DNA of 63,612 nucleotides. Origin: an uncultured Bacilli bacterium (GTDB lineage Bacteria > Bacillota_I > Bacilli_A > RF39 > UBA660). The notes beneath the pieces were generated by a model that saw nothing but the letters and a program-made list of their open reading frames with translations, ran no database searches and was not told where the DNA came from. The stretch is taken from positions 1 through 63,612 of the forward strand of contig CALVRX010000022.1 of NCBI GenBank assembly GCA_944358815.1. The letters are read 5' to 3'. Positions 9,502 to 18,979 of the stretch are shown piece after piece (positions within the stretch are counted from its first letter, which is position 1; each line of letters starts with the position of its first letter). The position numbers and the translations under genes were made by a program.

Positions 9502-10623
9502 ATGAATTATTATGAAATATTGGAAGTACCTTATGATGCTTCGTTTAGTAATATAAAAAGTTCATATTTGAGATTGGCTAAAAAAAATTATCCTGATATG
9601 TTTAGTCAACAAGATGATGGAGAAAGAATGAAGCAGCTTAATGAAGCGTATGCTGTGCTGAAAAATAAAAAGAAAAGGGCTTTATATGATAGATGGTTAA
9701 GTGATGAGTTTGTTAAAGCTAGTAAGTTATTAAAGGATAATTTAAATGATAATATGGATGAAAAGTTTGAGTCAAAGGGAGAAAATAGAAAAATTTATAG
9801 TGATAAGGTTGAAATATTATTGCAAGATATTGATATAGAGGCAAGTTATTTGCGTCAATTGTTGGTTAAAGCAGAAAGGGTTATTAAAGGAATGGAAAAT
9901 TTAGAACTTAAGGCTTTTAATAATCTTGATTCTTGTATAAATGATATTGATAATTCTATTTTGAGGCTTTTTATTAATTTACAAATTAAAGCAATTAGCT
10001 GTGGTGCTGTTTATAAGTTTGATAAAATGTTTGAGTTAGAGAAGGAGGCTAAAGTTGTATTAGCAAAATTAAAATTATATAGTGCCTTTAATATAAATCT
10101 TTTAAGTGAATTTTTAAATGAGTCAAGTATTAGTTTGCAAAAAATAAATAAAATTAAACAACTTATCATAAAATATCCAGAGAATAAAAAAATTATAAAT
10201 CTTTGTAAATATGCCAATAGGCTTTATAATGATTATATAATACGTTGGAATAAGAATATTTATTCATTGACATCTTATAGACATTATAAATTAATATATG
10301 ATAAAATGGATGAAGTAAAAAAGATTAATAAAGATTGTAATCAGATATTAAAGGCTAATTATATGCAAAATTTGTCTAAACTTAAAGAATTAAGACAAAA
10401 TGGATATGGTGTTTCTAATTTACGTTTTTTGTTATCTGCTAGTATAGGCTCAATTGCCTTAATAGATGCAGTAACCATTCCATTATTTATGAATAATGGA
10501 GTAGTACTGTTTGTGAATATTGGAGGTTTATTGATTATGCTTTTAGTGTTTAGAAAATTGGTTACTAGCAATAATTATGATGTGATAGATTATATTAATA
10601 GAGTAAAAAATTATAAAAATTAA
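9502..10623 (+). CDS. J-like domain protein with C-terminal transmembrane segments (HPD replaced by YPD)
   Basis: MNYYEILEV..YLRLAKKNYPDMF..LNEAYAVLKNKKKRALYD is a DnaJ J-domain. A hydrophobic pair of helices lies near the C-terminus. Alternative starts at 9490 and 9463. Confidence 0.7.
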   Translation: MNYYEILEVPYDASFSNIKSSYLRLAKKNYPDMFSQQDDGERMKQLNEAYAVLKNKKKRALYDRWLSDEFVKASKLLKDNLNDNMDEKFESKGENRKIYSDKVEILLQDIDIEASYLRQLLVKAERVIKGMENLELKAFNNLDSCINDIDNSILRLFINLQIKAISCGAVYKFDKMFELEKEAKVVLAKLKLYSAFNINLLSEFLNESSISLQKINKIKQLIIKYPENKKIINLCKYANRLYNDYIIRWNKNIYSLTSYRHYKLIYDKMDEVKKINKDCNQILKANYMQNLSKLKELRQNGYGVSNLRFLLSASIGSIALIDAVTIPLFMNNGVVLFVNIGGLLIMLLVFRKLVTSNNYDVIDYINRVKNYKN

Positions 10624-10817
10624 AAAAATGGTGATACAAAAGTAAAAAAGTTAGAAAGTTATGCAAAAATATATGATTTAAAGTGAAATTTTTACAATAA
10701 TGAAAATGTTCCTTAATAATTGGTGCATTTTTTTGTAAATTGTTTGTTTTTGGGGTGTCTATTGAAAAAAAGTTATTATTTTGGTATTATTTATGTAAAG
10801 GGTAGGAGATAATTAAT

Positions 10818-12146
10818 ATGGGTAATACTGCTAATAAAAAAAACAAATTAAAAGAATTTGTCGAAAAAGTAGAAAATAATACTAATGATGCTTTGGAAGA
10901 TTCTTTAATGGATGAAGATGCAAAAGAAGAAAATTTTGATGTGGATTATACTGATATTGTAAAAAATTCGGTGAAAGCAAAAATGTCAAAGTTACCTTGG
11001 CTTGTGGCGATATTTTTGATTTTAATTATTACGATTATGCTTGGATTTATGTTTTTTAGAAATAATCCTAAGACATTGTTTACTCAGACAACTGATGGTT
11101 TATTCAATTATTTACAGGATAATATCAATGAGAATGTTTATGATGTTATGGATGGAAATGTGAGTTTAAATTATGTTATTAAAAGTAGCGAAGAAAGTGA
11201 GTTTTATAATAAATTAAGTGGAATTTCTTGGAGTGCAGATTACGTTAAAGATAATTCAAGTTCACAAATTTATGCGAATATAAATGCCACATCTACGGAT
11301 GGTACAACGCCAGTTATATTGTATAGTGATGGCAATAATACTTATATTTCTTTCTCTTCATTATCAGATAAGTATTTAAAATTAAATGGTAATAGATTAA
11401 GTTATTTGGTAAGTGGTAACGATGTTAAGACTATTTTAAAAGGTATTAATCAGGCAGTAGATAAAGTAATTGCTGATGAGAAAATTTATGGTAATAAGGA
11501 AAATATTGATTTAGATGGTAAAGTGTTAAAAACTTACAAGATGAGATTTGTGGTAGATGAGAAAAATAGAGATAGAGTAGTAGAGACTTTTGTGAATACA
11601 TTAAAGGCGAACGATGAGCTTACTAAGGTGCTTGGGGTTATGAAAAATATGCCTGCAAGTGACATTAGAACGGCAATGGAAAATTATATTCCAAAGATAA
11701 AAAAAGAATTAAAAAGGTGTGGTAAATTAGAAATTTCATTATATGTTGACAATAAAACTAATGATTTTATTGAAATGGAGATTACTAGTACTCTTGGAAA
11801 TATTAATTTGATTAGTGATGGCAATAATAAGTTTTCTTATAGTATGTTTGATAATAATGAAAGAACTTTATCTGAGGGAGAATTTTCATTTGGAGTTAAT
11901 AATAACAAAACTAAATATACGGCTAATTTATATTATAAAAAAACTAAAGATAATAAATTAATCACGGAAAGTAATTTTGATTTGAAATTTACTAGTAAAA
12001 AGGCAAGTAGTTTTAAAGAATCTGATATTTTAGATAATGTTTTAAATAATCAGATGACAGAATTGGAACAATTCGAATTATATTCTAAAATAATTACGGA
12101 GCCAAATTTTAGTAAGTTGCTTCCTTTGATAGAAAAAATGGGTTAA
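10818..12146 (+). CDS. Hypothetical membrane-anchored protein (442 aa, single N-proximal TM)
   Basis: AGGAGA SD and TM helix LPWLVAIFLILIITIMLGFMFF. No domain recognised. Confidence 0.55.
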   Translation: MGNTANKKNKLKEFVEKVENNTNDALEDSLMDEDAKEENFDVDYTDIVKNSVKAKMSKLPWLVAIFLILIITIMLGFMFFRNNPKTLFTQTTDGLFNYLQDNINENVYDVMDGNVSLNYVIKSSEESEFYNKLSGISWSADYVKDNSSSQIYANINATSTDGTTPVILYSDGNNTYISFSSLSDKYLKLNGNRLSYLVSGNDVKTILKGINQAVDKVIADEKIYGNKENIDLDGKVLKTYKMRFVVDEKNRDRVVETFVNTLKANDELTKVLGVMKNMPASDIRTAMENYIPKIKKELKRCGKLEISLYVDNKTNDFIEMEITSTLGNINLISDGNNKFSYSMFDNNERTLSEGEFSFGVNNNKTKYTANLYYKKTKDNKLITESNFDLKFTSKKASSFKESDILDNVLNNQMTELEQFELYSKIITEPNFSKLLPLIEKMG

Positions 12147-12206
12147 TCCATTTTTTTTGTGTACTTTTTTTGGTTAAAAGCATATCTTAAAGTGAGGGGT
12201 GATAAA

Positions 12207-12743
12207 GTGGCATCATATAAAGAAATAGTTACCAAGGCAATTATTGGTAAGGGAAAGAAGCATTTTAAAAATAGTTATACAATAAAAGCGGAAAATAAAC
12301 CTTCAACGGTACTTGGGTGTTGGGTTATTAATCACAAATTTAAAGGGTATAAATCTGGGGATAAAGTAGGTGTCGATGGTTCGTTTGATATTAATATTTG
12401 GTATTCTTATGATGATGATAGTAAGACTACAGTTATTAATGAAAAAATTGAGTATAATGATTTATTTAATGTAAAACTTAAGGAAAATGCTGATTTAACT
12501 GGTGATACAGACATTATAGTAAGATCTTTAAAACAGCCAACTTGTTCTTCAGTGAATATTCAAGATGAGAATGTAATTTCATTTAATATTGAAAAAGAAC
12601 TTGGTGTAGAAATTGTCGGTGAAACAAAAGTGAAAATTGCGGTCGAAGATGATGAGGAGCCTTGGGATGAAATAGTCGATGATGTAGATGAAGATACTTT
12701 AAAAGAAATTGATGAGAAGGTATCTGAAGATTATTTGAAATAA
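12207..12743 (+). CDS. cotE: Outer spore coat morphogenetic protein CotE
   Basis: VASYKEIVTKAIIGKGKK..VLGCWVINHKF..DINIWYSYDDDSKT..VGETKV and an acidic tail align by eye with B. subtilis CotE. GTG start with a GAGGGGTGA SD. miaB is nearby, as in Bacillus. Confidence 0.8.
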   Translation: MASYKEIVTKAIIGKGKKHFKNSYTIKAENKPSTVLGCWVINHKFKGYKSGDKVGVDGSFDINIWYSYDDDSKTTVINEKIEYNDLFNVKLKENADLTGDTDIIVRSLKQPTCSSVNIQDENVISFNIEKELGVEIVGETKVKIAVEDDEEPWDEIVDDVDEDTLKEIDEKVSEDYLK

Positions 12744-12744
12744 G

Positions 12745-12766
12745 GTGCGATGGGTCGCACTTTTTT
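12745..12766 (+). terminator. Intrinsic terminator after cotE
   Basis: GTGCGA-tgg-TCGCAC hairpin followed by TTTTTT. Confidence 0.8.
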
Positions 12767-12790
12767 GATATAATGATGGTGGTGATGTTT

Positions 12791-13468
12791 ATGAGTAAGT
12801 TATATTTAATTAGACATGCTTTTACGCCAGCAAATAATGCAAGTTATAATAATCAGCAAGGACTTTGGAGAATTGCTAAGGATAAAGATATGCCAATTGA
12901 AAGAGAATATGGGGTAAAACAGGCTTTAGAGTTGGGTAAATTTTTAGGTAAGTTAAAAGGAAAGATACTTATTTATGTTAGTCCATATTATCGTGTTAGG
13001 CAAACTTTAGGATATTGTTTGTTTAATATGGAAGGTAATTATGATATAAGAGTTTTGGATGAGTTGCATGAGTTTAATTCAGGTGTACATTATGCTCATA
13101 CAGTTGATGAAGTTTTAAAGATGTATCCAGAAAGTAGAAAATATTTTGATGCGGCTAAAAAAGACTTAGAGAGTGCGGTTTATACTGGTGGTGAAAGTCG
13201 TAAGATGGTTAAAGCGAGAGTTAAAGAAGTAGCATTGATGCTTAAAGAGCAGGTGAAGTCTTTAGATTATGATTATATTTTGGTATTTGGACATGGTATG
13301 ACTAATCGATATATTTATTATTGGATTACGGGTGATGATTTAAATGAAGATATGAAAAATGGTGAGGTTTTATCGGTTAGTGATAAGAAAAGTTTGTTTT
13401 TACCAAAGACAGTAGTACCTAAAGGGTTTATGATAGATATTGATAGTTATTTAAAGGAAAATATATGA
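12791..13468 (+). CDS. Histidine phosphatase family protein (phosphoglycerate mutase-like)
   Basis: LYLIRHAFT (RH catalytic motif) near the N-terminus and a later ..FGHGMT.. His. Confidence 0.7.
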   Translation: MSKLYLIRHAFTPANNASYNNQQGLWRIAKDKDMPIEREYGVKQALELGKFLGKLKGKILIYVSPYYRVRQTLGYCLFNMEGNYDIRVLDELHEFNSGVHYAHTVDEVLKMYPESRKYFDAAKKDLESAVYTGGESRKMVKARVKEVALMLKEQVKSLDYDYILVFGHGMTNRYIYYWITGDDLNEDMKNGEVLSVSDKKSLFLPKTVVPKGFMIDIDSYLKENI

Positions 13469-13537
13469 TTATGTATGGTTTTATATTAGCTAATAAGGCA
13501 AATTATAATTAGTAAAATAGGTGTTATACAAAAAAGG

Positions 13538-13566
13538 TTGACATATATTGTTTTATATGATAGAAT
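13538..13566 (+). promoter_or_regulatory. Sigma-A promoter of rpsP
   Basis: TTGACA, 17 nt, TAGAAT, with a TGa extended -10. Confidence 0.7.
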
Positions 13567-13589
13567 TATTTAGGAAATGGAGGGATATT

Positions 13590-13871
13590 ATGGCAGTTAA
13601 ATTGAGACTTTTAAGAATGGGTGCTAAAAGAAAACCATTTTACCGTATTGTAGCGGCTGATTCAAGAGTAAAAAGAGATGGTAAGTACATCGAACTTATT
13701 GGTACTTATAATCCTATTACAGACCCAGCCGAAATTAATATAAAAGAAGAAGTTGCTTTAAAATGGCTTAACAATGGAGCTATTCCTACTGATACGGTTA
13801 AAAGTTTATTTAATAAAAAAGGAATTAATAAGAAATTCCATGAAATGAAATTTTCTAAAGAAAGTAAATAA
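13590..13871 (+). CDS. rpsP: 30S ribosomal protein S16
   Basis: [26 protein letters not shown]. Confidence 0.95.
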   Translation: MAVKLRLLRMGAKRKPFYRIVAADSRVKRDGKYIELIGTYNPITDPAEINIKEEVALKWLNNGAIPTDTVKSLFNKKGINKKFHEMKFSKESK

Positions 13872-13873
13872 TT

Positions 13874-14116
13874 ATGGAACTTGGAAGTTTAACGGAATTT
13901 TTAGTTAAAAGTTTGGTCAAAAATCCAGATATGGTATCAGTAAAGACTTTTGATGATGAAGATAAAATTACGATTGAAGTATTAGTTAGTTCTGAAGATA
14001 TGGGACGAGTTATTGGCAAAAATGGAATGATTGCTAATAGTATTAGAACAATAGTTCAAGCTAGTGGTTATCTCAATCATGAAAAGCGAGCAGTTATTAA
14101 CATAGATTCTTTTTAG
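13874..14116 (+). CDS. ylqC: KH-domain RNA-binding protein (YlqC/UPF0109)
   Basis: GRVIGKNGMIANSIRTIV KH motif. Conserved position directly after rpsP. Confidence 0.85.
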   Translation: MELGSLTEFLVKSLVKNPDMVSVKTFDDEDKITIEVLVSSEDMGRVIGKNGMIANSIRTIVQASGYLNHEKRAVINIDSF

Positions 14117-14180
14117 AGTCTATGTTTTTCTTTACTAATTTTTGTAAATGTGGTATATTCTATAATAGTGGAGGATGCTT

Positions 14181-14558
14181 ATGAAAGATAAAGGTTTTAC
14201 ATTAATTGAATTGTTAGCAGTTATTGTGATATTGGCACTTGTATTAGTTATTATTATGCCAAATGTTACGGGTATTTTAAATAGGACCCAAAATAGATTG
14301 AATGATGAGCAGAAAAATGCAGTATTAAATGCGGCACGTCAATGGGGTGTTAGTAATTTGTCTCACGATGGTGATGATGTGTATTATGGTGGTAATAAAA
14401 TTACCTATATTACAATAGAAGATTTGCAAAATTCTGGTTATTTAGAGGATAAGAAAATAAAGGATATGACAGATAAGGGTGATGTTCCTTTAAATACTAA
14501 AGTATGTATTATTTATAAAGATAATCAATTTGTTTATGAATATGATGGGGAGTGTTAA
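14181..14558 (+). CDS. Type IV pilin / pseudopilin-like protein
   Basis: MKDKG followed by FTLIELLAVIVILALV. C-terminal Cys pair (KVC...DGEC). GTGGAGGA SD. Confidence 0.8.
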   Translation: MKDKGFTLIELLAVIVILALVLVIIMPNVTGILNRTQNRLNDEQKNAVLNAARQWGVSNLSHDGDDVYYGGNKITYITIEDLQNSGYLEDKKIKDMTDKGDVPLNTKVCIIYKDNQFVYEYDGEC

Positions 14559-14559
14559 T

Positions 14560-14922
14560 ATGAAACGTGGTTTTACATTAATTGAACTTTTAGTAGTTAT
14601 TGTTTTGCTTGGAGTTATTGCAGTAATGGTTACTACTTCGGTAATTGGTATTTTAAATGATTCTAGAAGTTCACTTTCTAATACACAAATTGATACAATT
14701 GAAAATGCGGCTGAACAATGGGGAACTGTTAATGCTGATAAGTTACCTCTTGATGATTCAGCCTATAAACTTGATGTGAAGACGTTATCTGATGATGGTT
14801 TTATCGATAGTAGTGATTTAAAAGATCCGGGGGATAATTCTGATTTATGTGGTTATGTAGAAATTAAATATGATAATAGTAAGAATCAATATAAATATAA
14901 GTTTGTTAGAGAAGATTGTTAA
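14560..14922 (+). CDS. Type IV pilin / pseudopilin-like protein
   Basis: MKRG followed by FTLIELLVVIVLLGVIA. C-terminal Cys pair (DLC...REDC). The start lies 1 nt after the previous stop. Confidence 0.8.
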   Translation: MKRGFTLIELLVVIVLLGVIAVMVTTSVIGILNDSRSSLSNTQIDTIENAAEQWGTVNADKLPLDDSAYKLDVKTLSDDGFIDSSDLKDPGDNSDLCGYVEIKYDNSKNQYKYKFVREDC

Positions 14923-14973
14923 AAAAAGTGATAAAAAAAGTTTTACGACATATTTTTTAGTAGAGGCGATGTT

Positions 14974-16140
14974 ATGAAAAAAATATTAGTAATACTTTTT
15001 TTATTTTTAATTTTAAGTGTTAGTTTTGATAAAGTTTTAGCAGAGGAAAGTATTAAATTAGCTGAAAATGCGAAGTCGGCTATTTTAATTGAAGCAAGTA
15101 CAGGAAAAATTTTATTTGAAAAAAATGCGGACGAAAAATTGCATCCAGCTAGTATGACTAAAATGATGAGTATGCTGTTAATTATTGAGGCGATTGAGAA
15201 TGGAGTTATTTCATGGGATCAGATTGTGACGGTTAGTGAAAATGCTTCTAAAATGGGTGGAAGTCAGATTTTACTGGAAACTGGTGAGAAGATGAGTGTC
15301 CGAGATTTATTTAAAGGTGTGGCTATTGCATCTGGTAATGATGCGGTAGTGGCTTTAGCAGAAACTGTGGCGGGAAATGTGAGTAATTTTGTCAGTATGA
15401 TGAATAAAAGGGCTAGTGAACTTGGATTAAAAAATACACATTTTAAAAATCCACATGGATTAGATGATGCAGATCATTATTCAAGTAGTAGGGATATGTC
15501 GTTAATTGCTAGGGAATTAGTGAAGCATGAGGATGTTTTAAAATATACTAAGGTGTATGAAGATTATTTAAGAGAAAATACGGATAGAAAAATTTGGCTT
15601 GTTAATACAAATCGATTAGTTCGTTTTTATGATGGCGTTGATGGTTTAAAGACGGGTTTTACAGATGATGCTGGTTATTGTATGACAGCGACGGCTAGTA
15701 AAGATGGTATGCGAATTATTGCGGTGGTTATGGGTGAAGAGACAAGTAAGATACGTAATCAAGAGGTTAGTGAAATGTTAGATTATGCTTTTGCACAATA
15801 TAAGGTAATTAATTTACTAGAGAATAAAAATTCATTAGGTAAATATAGGGTAGAAAATGGTAAAGAAGAATATGTTCAAATAGTACCTAAAGGGGAAGCA
15901 GCTATAGTAAAAAAGAAAAGTGAAAAGGACGGGCATGTAAGTTATGATATTAAATTAGGGGCACTTAGAGCTCCACTTAAAGTAGGAGATAATATTGGTA
16001 CTTTGGTTATTAAAGAAGATAATAATGTAGTGAAAACTTTAAAATTGACGGTGCAGAAAGATGTAGGTAAGGCTAATTATGGAAATTTATTATTAAGAAA
16101 TATTAAGGATATGATTATTGGCAATATGAGTTTAAATTAA
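14974..16140 (+). CDS. dacA: D-alanyl-D-alanine carboxypeptidase (PBP5-type, peptidase S11)
   Basis: Signal peptide, then SMTK (SxxK), SGND (SxN) and KTGF (KTG) motifs, plus a PBP5 C-terminal domain. Confidence 0.9.
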   Translation: MKKILVILFLFLILSVSFDKVLAEESIKLAENAKSAILIEASTGKILFEKNADEKLHPASMTKMMSMLLIIEAIENGVISWDQIVTVSENASKMGGSQILLETGEKMSVRDLFKGVAIASGNDAVVALAETVAGNVSNFVSMMNKRASELGLKNTHFKNPHGLDDADHYSSSRDMSLIARELVKHEDVLKYTKVYEDYLRENTDRKIWLVNTNRLVRFYDGVDGLKTGFTDDAGYCMTATASKDGMRIIAVVMGEETSKIRNQEVSEMLDYAFAQYKVINLLENKNSLGKYRVENGKEEYVQIVPKGEAAIVKKKSEKDGHVSYDIKLGALRAPLKVGDNIGTLVIKEDNNVVKTLKLTVQKDVGKANYGNLLLRNIKDMIIGNMSLN

Positions 16141-16155
16141 CTCATATTGTTTTTC
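16126..16155 (+). terminator. Intrinsic terminator after dacA
   Basis: ATGAGTT-taaatt-AACTCAT hairpin followed by attgTTTTT. Confidence 0.55.
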
Positions 16156-16218
16156 TTTGATAGTATTTAATGATATAATTAAAATAATAAAGATTGAAGC
16201 ATTGAAAAGGTGAAATTT

Positions 16219-17391
16219 ATGAAAAATGAAAGAATGGTCATGATTATATTTGCTTGCATGAAAATAATAAATGTTTTTTTAGGACCTTTTTTAGTGGCAT
16301 ATTTTATAACAACATCAACAAAAAGTATAATTGATGTATCTCGCTTTAATATACTTAATTATTTATGTTTATGTTTATTTGGGATGTTTGCTGGATATGT
16401 TACTGAAAGGCGGGGTACATTACTCACTTTTAGGCTTGGTATATTTGTTAGATTTTTATGCGTTTTAGCAATATTGTTTTTAGGGGATAATTTGGTTTCT
16501 TATTATTGGATTGTGTCATTTACATATGGCTTTTCTTCAATGTTTTTTTACTTGCCTTTTAATTTATATCATACTGATTGTGTTCAAAACTGTGAAAGAT
16601 CTAATTTTGAATTTAAAATGAATATTATTAAAAATATGGTAAGTGTGTTTATACCAATTATTTTGGGAACGGTAATTTCTGTTACAAATTATCAATTGAC
16701 AGCTTTTATTATTTTGATTTTTTCGGTAATTCAGATTATAGCTTCATTTTATTTAAAACCACTTCCAAAGTCAGATAAAATATATGATATTTTTGGTTAT
16801 TTGAAAAGATCTTTTAAAGATACACAGAAAAGAGAAATGTTTTATGTAGAATTTTTAAATGGTTTAACTTTATCTGATGGAGTTTTAGGAACGGTAATAA
16901 CAATTTTAATTATGTTTTCTTTTAAGTCAGAATTTAATTTAGGAATTATTAATTCTGTAGTGGCATTATTAAGTTTAATTGTTTTATATATTTATTCAAA
17001 ACATTATAAGGGAAAAGATGATAGAAATGTTATATTGTTTTCTGGTATAGTTATGTTTTTAGCGGTTATTTTACTTATTATAAATATTTCTAAATCGACG
17101 ATTATATTATATAATGTTATTTTTGGAATTTTTGGGACTGGTATTTTAACTTTTATTTATGGATTAAGGCTTTTTAATTTTGCAAAAAAGAAAGTTACTA
17201 ATAAAGAAAAAACGGAATATTGGGGTGCTAGAGAATTATTTCTTAATTTAGGTAGAGTGGTTGGATATATTTTACTATTATTTGTTGGATTATGCGGAGT
17301 TAATTATTTATTTTATCTTTTGATTTTCGTAAATTTTTTGGTTTTACTTTTTACAACTTTTCTTTCGGATATTGATAAGAATGAATATTAA
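16219..17391 (+). CDS. Polytopic membrane protein (MFS-like transporter?)
   Basis: About 10-12 hydrophobic helices along the whole protein. No signature motif confidently recognised. Confidence 0.5.
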   Translation: MKNERMVMIIFACMKIINVFLGPFLVAYFITTSTKSIIDVSRFNILNYLCLCLFGMFAGYVTERRGTLLTFRLGIFVRFLCVLAILFLGDNLVSYYWIVSFTYGFSSMFFYLPFNLYHTDCVQNCERSNFEFKMNIIKNMVSVFIPIILGTVISVTNYQLTAFIILIFSVIQIIASFYLKPLPKSDKIYDIFGYLKRSFKDTQKREMFYVEFLNGLTLSDGVLGTVITILIMFSFKSEFNLGIINSVVALLSLIVLYIYSKHYKGKDDRNVILFSGIVMFLAVILLIINISKSTIILYNVIFGIFGTGILTFIYGLRLFNFAKKKVTNKEKTEYWGARELFLNLGRVVGYILLLFVGLCGVNYLFYLLIFVNFLVLLFTTFLSDIDKNEY

Positions 17392-17456
17392 AAAGTATTG
17401 AAGGTAAAAGGGAAAATGTGCTATTATTATATTAGAAAATTAAAGGAGGCGAAGTT

Positions 17457-17978
17457 ATGGAAGAATATTTACCAGATATTTATCAAAAAAGTATTTATAC
17501 AATCGATTATTCAAAATTACTTAGCCGAGGGATAAAATGTATTTTATTTGATTTGGATAATACGATAGTTCCTCCTTTTAGCAATGAACAGCCTAAAAAA
17601 GCAAAAGAATTATTTATAGGATTAAAACAAAAAGGTTTTAAAATTATTTTGTTTACTAATAGTCCATATATTAGATTAAAAGGTTTTAAAAATTATTTGG
17701 GAGTTGATGGTGTTTCGAATGCGTGTAAACCTTTTACTAGAAAACTGCGTAAAGTACTTCAGGATTATGGTTATGCCGTAAATGAGGTGGCTATTATTGG
17801 CGATCAGTTAATGACAGATATTAAGGTAGGAAATAAGGTTGGTATTACGACAATTTTAATTAATCCGGTAAGTAAAAAAGATTTTTTACTTACTAAGGTT
17901 CATAGGTTTATGGAAAGAAAAAAAATGAAAAAGTTAAGAGATCACGATTTATTTTGGCAAGGAAGGTATTATGATTAA
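17457..17978 (+). CDS. yqeG: YqeG-family HAD-IIIA phosphatase
   Basis: DLDNTIV and GDQLMTDI motifs. Directly precedes yqeH, as in Bacillus. Confidence 0.85.
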   Translation: MEEYLPDIYQKSIYTIDYSKLLSRGIKCILFDLDNTIVPPFSNEQPKKAKELFIGLKQKGFKIILFTNSPYIRLKGFKNYLGVDGVSNACKPFTRKLRKVLQDYGYAVNEVAIIGDQLMTDIKVGNKVGITTILINPVSKKDFLLTKVHRFMERKKMKKLRDHDLFWQGRYYD

Positions 17979-18927
17979 GTGTGTAGGATGTGGGGCTATT
18001 TTACAGGATAAAGACCCTAATATAGATGGATATACGAGTAATTTAAAAAATAGTTTATGTGAACGATGTTTTAATATTCAACATTATAATAAATATTTAA
18101 GGGTACCTGATAAAGATTATAGTCAAATTATTAAAAAAATTGATTCTAAAGGCGATTTAATTTTATTAGTAACAGATTTTTTGAATTTATATAATTTAGA
18201 TGATTTAAAATTTAATAGTCCAGTTATTTTGGTGGTGACTAAAGCTGATTTATTACCTAGAAGTATTAATTATCAGCATTTACTTGATAATATTAAGGTT
18301 GATGTGATTGGTAAAATTATTGTATCTAGTAAGAATAATTATCATTTTGATGAACTTTATAATTTAATTTTAAAGTATAAAAAAAGTCAAAATGTTTATG
18401 TTATCGGTTATACTAATGCGGGTAAGAGTACTTTAATTAATAAGTTTTTGAAAAATTATGGAGCGAATGTTGGTAAGATTACGGTTAGTAATTTACCATC
18501 TACTACTTTGGATATAATTGAAAATAAAGTAAACGATGATTTGATTTTAATAGATACGCCTGGTCTTTTAGATAAAGGAAGTATGGCTTTGAAAGTTCCT
18601 TTTGATGTATTAAAAAAAATAACACCGAAGAAGGAAATTAGACCAATTAGTTATCAAATTAAAGGTTTTCAGTCATTACTTGTCGAAGATTTTTTGAGAC
18701 TTGATATGCAGGATACTAATATTATTTGTTATATGGCAAATGGTTTGGATTTTAGAAGAGTTTATCAAAAGAAAAATTGTAATTTAAAACATTATGATAT
18801 TTGTGTTAAAAAGAATCATGATTTAGTTATTAAGGGTTTAGGATTCATTACTTTTAAAAAAGATACAAAAGTCGATTTGTGGCTTTTGGAGAATATTGAT
18901 TTTTTAATCAGAGAGTCAATTATTTGA
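17971..18927 (+). CDS. yqeH: Ribosome biogenesis GTPase YqeH (circularly permuted)
   Basis: N-terminal zinc ribbon CVGCGA..CERC, then TKAD (G4) before GYTNAGKST (G1) and DTPG (G3). Confidence 0.85.
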   Translation: MIKCVGCGAILQDKDPNIDGYTSNLKNSLCERCFNIQHYNKYLRVPDKDYSQIIKKIDSKGDLILLVTDFLNLYNLDDLKFNSPVILVVTKADLLPRSINYQHLLDNIKVDVIGKIIVSSKNNYHFDELYNLILKYKKSQNVYVIGYTNAGKSTLINKFLKNYGANVGKITVSNLPSTTLDIIENKVNDDLILIDTPGLLDKGSMALKVPFDVLKKITPKKEIRPISYQIKGFQSLLVEDFLRLDMQDTNIICYMANGLDFRRVYQKKNCNLKHYDICVKKNHDLVIKGLGFITFKKDTKVDLWLLENIDFLIRESII

Positions 18928-18979
18928 TTTTTCTTTGATTATTTTTTTATTTGTGATAAAATTATAATAGGTGATAGAT

